Positions 22,170 to 32,688 of a DNA stretch of 33,963 nucleotides are shown here, in pieces. The notes below the pieces were generated by a model. The model saw only the letters and a list, made by a program, of their open reading frames with translations, searched no databases and was not told where the DNA came from. Numbering within the stretch: position 1 is the stretch's first letter; the number at the start of each line of letters is the position of its first letter. The position numbers and the translations under genes were made by a program. The stretch is from Hyphochytrium catenoides (taxonomy: Eukaryota; Protista; Hyphochytriomycota): NCBI GenBank assembly GCA_900088475.1, contig FLMG01001098.1:1-33963 (forward strand), read 5' to 3'.

Positions 22170-22844
22170 ACATCGGACCTAAAAGAAGAGAATGCTGACC
22201 CTTTCTGCAAGCTTGCCGAAGCTTTACTACCCTCGAGATCGTCGAAAGTTCATTATTTCTCATAGGCATCTATCCTGCTTACCGGAAAGAGGATCATGCT
22301 CAACATTTATCATAATAAAGGCACCCATCCGCCATCCTGCTTCTCAAAAAAGAAGACCACGCTTCCTCCTGCTCCACCCACTATGTCCTCTGCTCATCAT
22401 CAATATAGACGACCACTAGAACTACTGTGCGGCGACAATCGAAGTACAGTAAGTAGTTCTACATGTGGTAGAAAGAATGAGCGTCAGAACTCCACGGGCA
22501 TCACAAGCCAAGCTGTAGAGGTGAGGACAGGGAAGGAAGAGCAGTAAGCACTGGCCCATCTTAGAATTATTCGTAGATCAGCGGCGAAAAGAGGGATGGG
22601 CTTTGAGGAGGAAATGCTGCTAATACTGTCGTCATGACGGAGGCGAAGAAGTGATTTACCCTCCATTCCGTATTTATAAATAAGGTAACAAAGGCTAGGA
22701 ACTCGTTCTGAAAGGAATAGTTCTAGTAGTCGTTATCTTCTCACTACTATTGGACCGCCTGCATTCCTGTCATCAGTGGAATATAGAACCCACACCTGTT
22801 TCCATCATCCTACAAGCCTCAATCCTACTAGTTCTACTGTACAC

Positions 22845-23207
22845 TAAAGGGTTGTGCCACTATTTTGAGCAGGTGGTGGCTATTCCCAGGACACCCCATG
22901 GATAAACCGTCTTGAGTTCTGCTAGTTGTAGCCATTAACTTCAGGGGCAACATATTTCAAGGGCACCTTCTAACTCCCAGCAGTCGCGGAGTTATGTCTA
23001 ATAAAATGGTGAAAGCTGTTTCTCCTTTCAAAAGAGCTGCTATTATTTCGTTCCTGAAGGGCATTATTAGCACAGGATAGTGAGGAGTGAGGATCTTTGC
23101 GCTTCATAGCCTGCAGGCACCCTAGATTCCCACCCAGCTTACATGTAGAGGATTATGTTAGGGGTGGGCATAATCGTAACAGGGCAAAATAGTGGCACAA
23201 CCCTTTA
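22845..23207. mobile_element. Non-autonomous Tc1/mariner-type MITE: 359 bp with perfect 21-bp TIRs and a TA target-site duplication
   Basis: TA+AAGGGTTGTGCCACTATTTTG (22845-22867) and CAAAATAGTGGCACAACCCTT+TA (23185-23207) are exact reverse complements. No transposase is recognisable inside. A TA TSD is the hallmark of Tc1/mariner. Confidence 0.82.
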
Positions 23208-24394
23208 CTACTTACTGGTCAAGTACTGTGGTCCCTTTGGGTATAAATATCTATCGTCCCTCCGTTTGGGACCACACGCCGTCTATAGTCTGACTGAATT
23301 CGTTAAGGCCCTGGCCCACCCACCGCTGCCAGCCTGGCCAAATAGGGCTCGGAACAGTTGAAACTTTATTTTCCCTCTGTTTGTCATCCCTCTTGTTTAC
23401 TTGTGACCAATAATGTCCATCATGAACTTGCACTTTCCTTCAGCCAGATCAATCCGTGTGCCTCCCCACCCACCCTCTTTCTGATTTTCCTCAGATTCAG
23501 ATATTGAAATATAGAATCAATATTACGGTCAAAGGTTTTTATAGTTTTCACTAGAAAGTACTACTTGTTATCGGTAACGAAGCGGAAAGGAAAACCTCTC
23601 TTCTTGAATCTTTCATACTCTGTCCATATCTTCTATGTCTTGGAAGGACCGTTCTGTACCTTGCTTTCACAAGGGTTTCGCACAATCTCTAGCACTTAAC
23701 CACACGTTCTCTCTATTTGGACTCTGTCTCCCAATTTCCCTCTCACACACTACCGGTTGCTCTAAGCTTATTCTTCTATCCTAGCATCTGTGACTGCTTT
23801 CTGAGCTAACATCGTGGTTGGCTCACACAGCCACTCTTGTCACTCTGTCTTCGGTCTGGAAGGATCGGTAGAGCGGAGGGGAAGAGTGGACACTGCAGAC
23901 ACACACACACAGGCCCCGCTAGGTTCTGATCTGCCTGCCTCTCTCTCCTCTCTCTGGCCGCTGTCCAACTTTCCACCCTGAAAACCTCAGCTCCTCAGCG
24001 CATCAGTCATCACATTCCTTCCCCAGACCTGCGAGCTCTGTAGCACCTGACTCATCTAAGACCAAGAGAGGGACGGCAGACTCGCCGTCATTGCTCGTTG
24101 TCGGCGACCTCATAAGATTACATCCTGTCCTCTCTCTTCGTCTTCGCGCTTGAGACACTGTCAAACCTAGCTCTGTCTTTCTCTCAGGGATCAATCTCTC
24201 TCTTAATCCTAGCTTGGCAGGAAGTCACTGAGTTCTCCTGTTGTCTATCTGGCTCCTTCTCAGCGTTAGTCTTGAAGGTGCACTCTCAGCCTCTACCGTA
24301 CCGCGCTCCTCTATCGCACTCTAGAAAACCTCAGCCTTCACGGTACCTATTTCCTTCTTGGCAGCGCCTCTCACAGCTGATCCTAGGAAGAAAG

Positions 24395-26068
24395 ATGGCG
24401 GAGACTCACACACTAGAGAACATTGACCATATGAACGCTGTGGACGGCGGCTACGACGTTGTCATTGTCTGCACCTCCACGCTGCAACAGGCGCAGTACT
24501 GGCAGACCCGGTTGACGGCTTCAAGGGGTACGGTCTCTAGGCCTAACGCGGTCATCATTGCCGTTCACGAAGACTGGGAAGGTGGTGCTGGCAATGGACT
24601 GGGAACGCTCTATGCGTACCAGAAGGCCGTCCTGCGTGGGCAGGAGTTGTTTGGTATTAACATCTCCGAGGACCTTATGGCTGGTAAGACGAGCGTCGCG
24701 ATGTATCACACAGCTGGAAAAGGAACTAGGCTAGCTCCTCTTCCTGGCAGTGAGAATAACAACAAGCCAGGAGTGAAGCTACCCTCAGTACTGGACGTGG
24801 CAGGGAGGCAGCTCCCGATGACTATTTTGGAGGCAGTGGTGAAGCAGACGGGAGTTTACGCGTCTAGTCGCAAAGGCCGACTCTCTGTCTTCTGGGGCGA
24901 TCAGGTCTTCATCCCATCAAACAAAGTCGAGTATGAAGCTCGACACCTCGTCGATATCCTAGCTGCCTGCAGGTCGATGCCGACAGCGGAAGAATGGGAG
25001 GCGCAAGGGCTGGAGAAGTATGGTCTAATCGCCATCAATGATGAGGACAACGCAGCGCAGGTGGATAAAGTATCGCATGCGACAGCTGTACGGCTTCTCA
25101 GCTGCTTCGGGAACCTGAAGCGTGTAGGCACAAGCTTGGGATCCTTTAGTGTTGACTATACGATTCTGCAAGAACTCCTGCACGAGTTTAGGCCAGAATT
25201 GGAGGCAAAGGAGGGAAAGCTGGATGCTGACCCACACTTCTGGATGCCAATGACGTTATCTAAAACTTCCTACGTGGAGGTGATGTCTCAAAAGGGTGTG
25301 GATCCGGAGGAGTCGTTAGCGCATTACGAGAGAATAGCGGCTATGATGGTGCGGATGAACCCTACAAAGCCTGTCTTCGGCTGCGTGGATGTTGGTGACC
25401 GCTGCTACTGGTGGGACTACGGACAGCTCAAGCTGTATCTTAAGAATAACCTGCTTCTTACAGGGGAAGGACAGGAGGCGAAGGCGTTGAGGAGCTTCCT
25501 AGGAGTCAAAGATCACCTTAAGGGCAGCATGCTAGGCTTCGAGACTGAGATGTGTAAACGGTCAGTCGTCCTAGCGACTCAAATGCTGAAAGGAAAGATC
25601 AAGAAGAGCGTTCTTAGCAACGTCTGCTCGCAAAGCATTGACGTTGAAAACTGTCTGCTGATGAACGTGACGGCAAAGAACATTTCGGGAAAGAACTGTT
25701 TAATATACAACGTGGCAGACGATAGTGAGGAGGGCATCGTGTTGGAGGAAGGGACTGTGCTGGCAGGTATTTTTCTCCCTGGAGGAGAGAAGATGATTAT
25801 TAGAAGCAAGCTGGACATTGACGGAGGAAAGTTTTGGAAAGAGGTTCTCGAGTGCAATCCTCACTCATTTGAAACGGTGTACAAGCTTAATGCTGACGTA
25901 GATGTGCGCATCATTGAGAGCGAGATGATTGAGGAGATGAACAGAGTCTCCTCTGTCTTCAAACACACCCTAGAAGGGAGGGTAAGAGAGGTGCATCGTT
26001 ACTCTGTGGATGCCTCCACTCACCAGCCGCCAGCAGTGATCCCTCCGCTAGGACAGGAGGTCGCATAG
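24395..26068 (+). CDS. Nucleotide-sugar pyrophosphorylase-like protein (GT-A nucleotidyltransferase plus putative left-handed beta-helix), copy A, intronless, 557 aa
   Basis: ATG at 24395 aligns with the start of the paralogue. HTAGKGTRLAPL...NKP is the GxGTRLxP..K signature of sugar-1-phosphate nucleotidyltransferases; also FWGDQ and YWWDYG (cf. YWxDxG of AGPase/GMPP), and a V/I/S/N/C-rich C-terminal beta region. The N-terminus (YDVVIVCTS..QAQYW..RL; GAGNGLGTLYA) recalls fucose-1-P guanylyltransferase domains. Confidence 0.88.
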   Translation: MAETHTLENIDHMNAVDGGYDVVIVCTSTLQQAQYWQTRLTASRGTVSRPNAVIIAVHEDWEGGAGNGLGTLYAYQKAVLRGQELFGINISEDLMAGKTSVAMYHTAGKGTRLAPLPGSENNNKPGVKLPSVLDVAGRQLPMTILEAVVKQTGVYASSRKGRLSVFWGDQVFIPSNKVEYEARHLVDILAACRSMPTAEEWEAQGLEKYGLIAINDEDNAAQVDKVSHATAVRLLSCFGNLKRVGTSLGSFSVDYTILQELLHEFRPELEAKEGKLDADPHFWMPMTLSKTSYVEVMSQKGVDPEESLAHYERIAAMMVRMNPTKPVFGCVDVGDRCYWWDYGQLKLYLKNNLLLTGEGQEAKALRSFLGVKDHLKGSMLGFETEMCKRSVVLATQMLKGKIKKSVLSNVCSQSIDVENCLLMNVTAKNISGKNCLIYNVADDSEEGIVLEEGTVLAGIFLPGGEKMIIRSKLDIDGGKFWKEVLECNPHSFETVYKLNADVDVRIIESEMIEEMNRVSSVFKHTLEGRVREVHRYSVDASTHQPPAVIPPLGQEVA

Positions 26069-26319
26069 ATGCTGGACATCCCGCGGCGGCAGGAAGTTGC
26101 AGAGGGCGGCGACACTTTCCCAGTCTTCGCTTTGGCTATGCTTTTCTTGCAACGGAACCGCATTTTTATGTCAGCATCGTGACAGCCCTTTCTTCTCTCT
26201 TCTTTAAGGTCGCCAAATATTTAATAACTAACAATGCATACTTTTCCCTTAGAGAGCGGCGGTTGCCGCGGGCAGACTGTTCGCAGTTGGGTCGAGAGAG
26301 AGCCGAGAGGATTCTGTGT

Positions 26320-26960
26320 GGTTATCTAGTATGCCTTTATGTCTATGGTTCACTGTTTGGCGGATTGCGCCTCAAGGCTTTCGTCCTCAGGGAGTGGATA
26401 AGAACACAGCTGTTGTTAGATCAGGAGCAGGGCGTAAAGCCTGCCAATCAACTGAGCCTGACGCGACACTCTTGATCAGCGCATCTTCTCTATCTTTCTC
26501 TGCGGACCATGGTTGATCATCAATATCCTTCTGTTAAATATCTGTCACTGTCATCTTATAAGGCCATGGACTATTGATTCACCGTTTATAGCACTCTCGC
26601 GGGCAAACAAGGCCCAGCCCTTAATAGAGAGGTTAAGATCCTGTATAGTGCAATCTGCCGTTGTAACCAGCCTGATTCTTATCTCACTGTGTGACCTGAT
26701 TCGCCTGATCGAGGAGAATGGACGCCCCATAGCCTCCTAGACTCTGACCACTCCTAAGAAATAATTGTCGAAGATCTTAACGAAGACAAGCTTTCGACTG
26801 CTGCGACTGCTTAAGCTTGACGAGTGGTACTGCTGCTGGTGGTAGCCCTGCGCTGCTACGTTTTCCCTAATGCTGCTGCTGCTATATTTGCTGCTCCTGC
26901 TCTTGCTGCTGCCGCTCCTGCTGCTAATACTGCTCCTGGTGCTGGTGGTGCTGTGGGTTG
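26320..26960 (-). pseudogene. Decayed Myb/SANT-repeat transcription-factor gene with an upstream polyQ tract
   Basis: Minus-strand fragments in order: QHHQHQEQY*QQERQQQEQEQQI*QQQH* (~26953-26867); GWALFAR then RECYKR*IN (~26620-26573); DIDDQPWSAEKDREDALIKSVASGSVDWQAL (~26527-26435); (R>Q)SAKQ[C]NHRHKGILD (~26370-26324). These match Myb landmarks CxxRWxN / PWxxEEDxxL...W / RSxKQCxxR...LD. Confidence 0.55.
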
Positions 26961-27254
26961 AAGAGGCGGCATGAGGAGGAGGAGGACAAAGCCTGGCTGG
27001 AGCCAGAGGAGCAGGAGTTACATTCTCCAACGATCAAGGTAGGGTCAAGGTCTCAGTATTGTAGATAATATGCCCTAACATACCATTATACCCACATAAT
27101 AGGTAGATTATTCTGAATATAGCTACCGTGCAGTTTTGGGGAGTTTCTTCTGGCCGTTCTTCGGCTAGTTCGAGCGTGTCCGTTCGTTAACGAGGATTGA
27201 GAGCGAGACAAGTGGCGAGGGAGGCTGCCAGACCAAGCGGGAGAGTTATCATTC

Positions 27255-27360
27255 AAGAGACAGAGAGAGTGACAGAGAGAGTGAGGACAAAAGAGAGAGA
27301 AAGCAAGAAGAGAGAGAAAGAGCGAAAGAGAGAACCAGAGTGACAAAGGGAAGAAGGAAG
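27255..27360 (+). repeat. GA-rich low-complexity tract
   Basis: gagacagagagagtgacagagagagtgagg...agagagagaaagagcgaaagagag. Confidence 0.6.
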
Positions 27361-27966
27361 AACCGGTATCGCACATTCGCACAGCTTCCACAGCCGTCTA
27401 GCCATCATAGCGCTGCACAGTGTCTTAGACTGCCTGACCCAAGGTTGACAGCCGAGCCTATGGCTGACTGTGAGACTATGTGATATCTGCAGCGTAAAGC
27501 GTCGAAGAGCAGGGAAGAAAGAAGGTCGGACAGCAGACTAAGCGGCCACTTTGCACTACTAGGAGGAGACAGTTGCGGCAAAGAGATATATCAGAGAGTA
27601 CCAAGCACGGCCGGTGAAACGAACGGCTGTGGGAATCAATCCAGAAGAGGGAGGAGGACACGGATAACCTAGCACTACCTGATGACAAAACTAGGTCCAG
27701 AGAACTCTCTCCTCTAAGAAGCCCGCCGCACAACTAGCGTCTCTCATATCCGTCCTGACTCCTCCAGCAGACGGAAAAGAATCAGCCTCCCAAGAGCTCA
27801 CTCTTTACTGCACGGCGTTGCCTCCCCCGCCGGAACAGTCATTCACAGATTTTCCTGTCGCACTGCTCATCCAACCACAGGATCAGTGCCTGAGTCGTGC
27901 CTCCTTTTTGCCAGCTCCTTGCCTCGTTGACCATCCGTGTGACTCCGACACCACCAAACATATACG

Positions 27967-30410
27967 ATGGCCAACCTCTCAGTTATCATCGAGAACATTG
28001 AGCGGATGAACCAGCTCGAGGGTTACGATGTCGTCATCGGTAAGCAGGCCCGTACTAGGAAGACTGGAAGCCGCAATCTCACTGACACGCTGTTCTTTTC
28101 TTGGTCACTGTTTACCTTTAGTGTGCACCTCCACCCTCGCTCAGGCGAACTACTGGCAGGAACGGCTGATGGAGACAAGGGGCATTGTTATGCCCGCTGA
28201 CAGCTACGTCGTAGCTGTGCACGAGGACTGGAAAGGAGGTAAGCCCCCACTACGGCCATGGAAGGTTGATCTTGTGTCTCTTGCCCCTTGTCCTCTTATG
28301 ATTCTGATATTAGCCAGGGTTGTAAGAGCGACGGATCGCCTTATGTCGCTTCCTGTCTTGCTATCATTCGATCTCATTCGCCCTTGATGGCTGTCTACAG
28401 GAGCTGGTAATGGTCTGGGCACCCTGTATGCTTATCAAAAGGCTGTCGAGAAGGCAAAGGACCTGTACGACATTGACATCAATGCGCGCCTCATGGAAGG
28501 CACGATCAGCGCGGCAATGTTTCACACCGCAGGCAAAGGCACGCGTCTTGCTCCTCTGCCAGGCTCCGAGAGCAATAACAAACCAGGCGTGAAGCTGCCC
28601 GCCTCCTTGGATATCAACGGCCGGGCCGTTCCTCTTACCATTCTTGAGGCTGTGATCAAGCAGACTGGAGTCTATGCACCCAGCCGTATCGGACGGTTGT
28701 CTGTCTTCTGGGGAGACCAGGTGAGTCCGAGCTTTCAGAGGGCTTTTGATGATGAGGTTACTCGGCAAGAGGTGCTGACAGACTCTCTTCCTTCTCGTCA
28801 TCCCGTCCTTTATTCCGCGCGCCGGATGGTCCAGATCTTTATCCCTTCCACTTCCGTCAGCTATGATGCACGGTATCACGCTGATATCCTAGCGTCTCTT
28901 GGGGACATGCCCAATGAGGAAGATTGGGTCAGACGTGGATTGGACAAGTATGGACTGATCGCAGTGAACAATAAGGGCAATGCGGCGCAGATTGAGAAGG
29001 TAGATCCTCTTCAACTCCCTTTCAGCGCAGTACTTCTATCATGTTGCTAACATCTCCGGCTTTTACTAATCAGGTTTCACATGCGACCGCCGCCAGGCTC
29101 CTATCTTCCTTGGGCGACATCAAATCCGTGGGCACCAGCCTGGGTTCCTTCTCCGTTTCATCCAAGCTTCTCCAGAATCTAATGTCCGAGTTCTCCGCAG
29201 AGCTTCAGGCCAAAGAGGGGAAGCTCGACGCAGGTGTGACATGCGAGTATTTATAAGGAAAGGTGGAGGATTGAGACAAAATGAAGAGGGACAGAGCCAA
29301 CATAGCAGCAGAAGAAAGTAAAGAGAAGTACTTACCCTGCGCTCCGCTTTTCCGATAACCTTGCAGACCCTCATTTCTGGATGCCGATGACCTTGGACTA
29401 TGATGGCTACCTGGAGATCATGGCACAGAAGGGGACAGCCAATGAAGAAGCAGCCAAGCACTTTCATAGGATCCAGAGCATGCTCTCCAAGATGGACCCT
29501 GAAAGACAGGAGCCGCTTTTTGGCTGCGTAGATGTCGGCACCCAGAGCTTCTGGTGGGACTACGGACAGGTACACACTTCCCGCTCTCTTAGCCCCCATC
29601 TACCGTGACGTCTGACTCCTGTATGCTCCTGCAGCTCCGTCTCTATATGAAAAATACGCTGCTCATTACCTCAAACACGCCTGAGGCGGACTGCATGAGA
29701 CGCTTCCTCGGTGTGCGGGATGCTGTAGATAAGACAAGCTTCTTGGGCTTAGGTTTCCTTGTAGACGATAACACGCGAGTCCTGGCTAGCACCATTGAGA
29801 AGGGGAATGCAGAGCAGTGCATCCTGAACAACGTAAACGCACGATACGTCGAAGCTAGCTCAAGCGTCCTTGTTAATGTCTCAGCTACTCGCATCCGCTG
29901 TGGCCGAAACTGCTTGGTCTACAATGTCCTTGATCAGAGTGCGGAGGGCATCACCTTGGGCGACAATGAAGTTCTTGCTGGTAAGTAAGGAAACTCTAGC
30001 AGAGCACAGCAAAGAGAAAGGTGTAGAGCCTCAGTCAATGAAAGGTTTAAAGGCAGAGCGACCGGGCATGGAGACTATGAAACTGATCGCGCCGTCTTTC
30101 CTTTTCATCAGGCGTGTACACCACGGAGGGCGACATGATTCTGATGCGAAGCAGTATGGATGTTTGCGGGGGCAAGGCTTGGAGTCAGAAGGTGGAAGGC
30201 AACGCCCACTCCTTTGAGGACATCTACAAACTGAACCAAGAAGTCGATGTTGAGAAGATTGAGGCTCTCTGCTTGACAAGACAGAAGGACATCGTTGAGG
30301 GCCTAGTGTCCTACACGCTCAAGTCTCCCCATGGAGACGTGCAATTTTCTAAGATCTGCGCTACGCGGTTGGCCACCGTCGTCTCGAGCTTGATGGCGCA
30401 TGCCGTGTAA
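27967..30410 (+). CDS. Nucleotide-sugar pyrophosphorylase-like protein, copy B, 8 exons, ~560 aa (27967-28039, 28122-28238, 28401-28720, 28835-28999, 29074-29233, 29367-29569, 29635-29980, 30112-30410)
   Basis: Seven GT-AG introns were placed by colinearity with copy A. The spliced length of 1683 nt is in frame to TAA. Same motifs as copy A (HTAGKGTRLAPLPGSESNNKPGVKLP, FWGDQ, DADPHFWMPMTL, FWWDYGQL). Confidence 0.9.
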
Positions 30411-30566
30411 AGACTGAAGATAGAAGGTGTCGCTGTTACAGTCGACCATACCTAGACTTCTCATCAACACTTTTTCACTGCGGCGCAATGGCCAGCAAGC
30501 CAAGGGCTAGCAGCACATCCACACTAGAGCCAGTGCGAACCCCTCCTCTGTATGTCATTATCTATC

Positions 30567-30572
30567 AATAAA
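30567..30572 (+). promoter_or_regulatory. Candidate polyadenylation signal (AATAAA) for copy B
   Basis: AATAAA about 157 nt after the stop, followed by a GT/T-rich stretch, in the 208-nt gap between convergent genes. Confidence 0.35.
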
Positions 30573-30618
30573 ATACCAGGTGTCGTTCTTTTTATGGGTT
30601 GTTTTTACCTATAATGTC

Positions 30619-32688
30619 TCATTTTCGCTGCGTTGATGCCGCTTGCCGAACCGCATCTCTCATGCTTACTCTCAACTCTGGCTTGGTGCGAAACATGTAC
30701 TTGACCAGCTTAGTGCCTGTCTCGTCAGGCAAGTTCATTGACAGGCCATTCTTTCCCACCTCATCTACTTTAAGAGCCTTGTAGAGCAGGGCATTCAGTA
30801 CGACCTTGCCCGTATTCCCATCTCTCATTAGTATCCTGAGTGAGAGTGGCACAGGAACGATTATGAATGAGTCAGACCTTAGCTGTTAAAAGAGACACAG
30901 CCCATATAAAAGCGTAGGGTTCGAATAGATAGGCAGAGGGACGACTGATCATCCAAGTTAAGAGACAGATGAAGTTAGTAGCTTATACCTAGAATCTCCT
31001 GTCTCCTTGTGGGTAAGAATCTGAAAAGAGTGGGTTCCCTTGTCTGCCCACTCCTTGGCTTCCATTTTAAAATAGAGGAGTTTCACCTTTTCGTTCTCAT
31101 AGTCCACGTTCTCATCCCCTGTGTCTGCCTGCAGGCAAGTTTTATTTAAGCCAAGGAATATAAGGAGCTTGCGAAGGAAGCATCAATAGCATCAATGCAA
31201 GGGCATAAAGCAGCACCATGCTCAAAGCTGCAAAGAGCAGCATGATGGTCAATACGGATCCCAAAACTGTGAGCATGTCCTTCTCTCAGTAATGCATCTG
31301 GGTACCTTTATAATCACAGTGGCTTCTTCCCGTCCAACGTTCTCGTCGTCGTCCTCTCCACCCATGGCAGCCTCGGAAGCTGCTGCTGGCTGTTTTGGCG
31401 CCAGGTTGAAGCTGAAACCCGAGAATCCATTTGGCTGAGTGGTCACAGATGGTGGCGGGGAAGAGGAAGGCAGTGTTGCAAAGCTGAAAGCCGGGACGGT
31501 AGTTGTATTGGAGGTCACAGACGAACTGCCCGCTGCGGAACCAGAAATACCTCCGAAAGAGAAACCGGGAGTCGGCGCGGGCGCCTTAGCAGCCGGTTCT
31601 GGCTGGGGGCTCGCATTCAGTCCTGGCCCAGCCCCAAAGGTGAAAGAAGCGACTGGTGCTGACTTGGGAGGAGATGGATTTGAGCTCGAAAGGCTGAATC
31701 CCAGAGGCGACTGCTTCTTAGAAGGAGAAGGAGAGGAAGAACTGATCTTGGAGGTTGATGAAGCAGACTCGATAGGTGTATCAGCAGTCTGCGAATTTCT
31801 GCCCCTGTCGTGCGCGGTTGATGTGGCATCTGCATTTCCCTTCACTCCATACGTTCGTTTTAGATCGTCCACGTAGCGAAGATAGTCCTGTCAAGAGAAA
31901 GATTTACTCATTAGCAGGAATGCAGAGAGAGACAGCACCAGCTAGCAGTGACAGAGAAAAGTCAAAATAGACGTAAAAGAACGCCTCCCTATTACGGTGT
32001 AGTTTAGCGAACTGATAGCAGGATAGTAACCTTCATGGCCCCTTCCCATAGTGCCACTGGGTTCTCTTTTGACTGGCGAGATACCCAGCTATGGAATGCT
32101 GTATTCAGCTCTCTAATCTCTTCGGAATATGATGACTTGTCCTTGTTATTAGCAGGCTTTGGTCTGCTGCTAGCCGGACCTGCTACTGATGTAAGTCCAC
32201 TAGACGTGTTCGGACTTGACGAGGATGAGGACCTAGACGTTAGTCCAGTGAAGCCGGAGAAAGGATTAGGTTTCTCAGCAGTACTGGTAGAGCTCGTCGC
32301 TGCTTGATTGTTAGAGACCAAGCCAGAAAATCCTGCAAATGGGTTGCTCTTGACCTCGGCGGGCGGCGGAGAGGTTGCCGGGGAAGAGCTACTTAGTCCT
32401 GTAAAGCCAGCAAAGGGACTGCTGCTGGGCGGAGGCTGTGTGAACAAGGCAACAGAGTCAGTTGCAACCCAAATTATATAAGCAAAAGGACTGGCCTACG
32501 GGTGATGCCTTAGCTCCGGACGCAGCCCCAGGACGTTTTATCTTGAACTTCTTCCTTTTTGCCAACTCATCCGAAGCAGCTCTTTGAAAGTTTCCAGGGC
32601 CACTTTCGTCATCCTGCTCCTTGTCCATCATAGCCTCATAATCTTCCCGCCGTAACTGGCCATTCTCATTCTGTCGCTTCTTGCTCAT
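30619..32688 (-). CDS. NUP50: Nucleoporin Nup50/Nup2-like; 5 exons (32688-32500, 32435-32031, 31887-31306, 31128-30989, 30835-30619), ~510 aa
   Basis: N-terminal NUP50 motif (MSKKRQ..QLRREDYE...GNFQRAASDELAKRK), NPFAGFSGL and FSFG/FTFG repeats, the conserved LNTAFHSWV...DYLRY helix and a C-terminal RanBD (EWADKG...RILMRDGNTGKVVLN). Four GT-AG introns keep the frame (1533 nt). Confidence 0.92.

Noticed and set aside
24272-24394. 41-aa N-terminal extension of copy A given by the ORF track (and the 24-aa extension at 17747)
   Set aside because: Both begin at non-ATG codons. For copy A, homology with the paralogue starts at ATG 24395.
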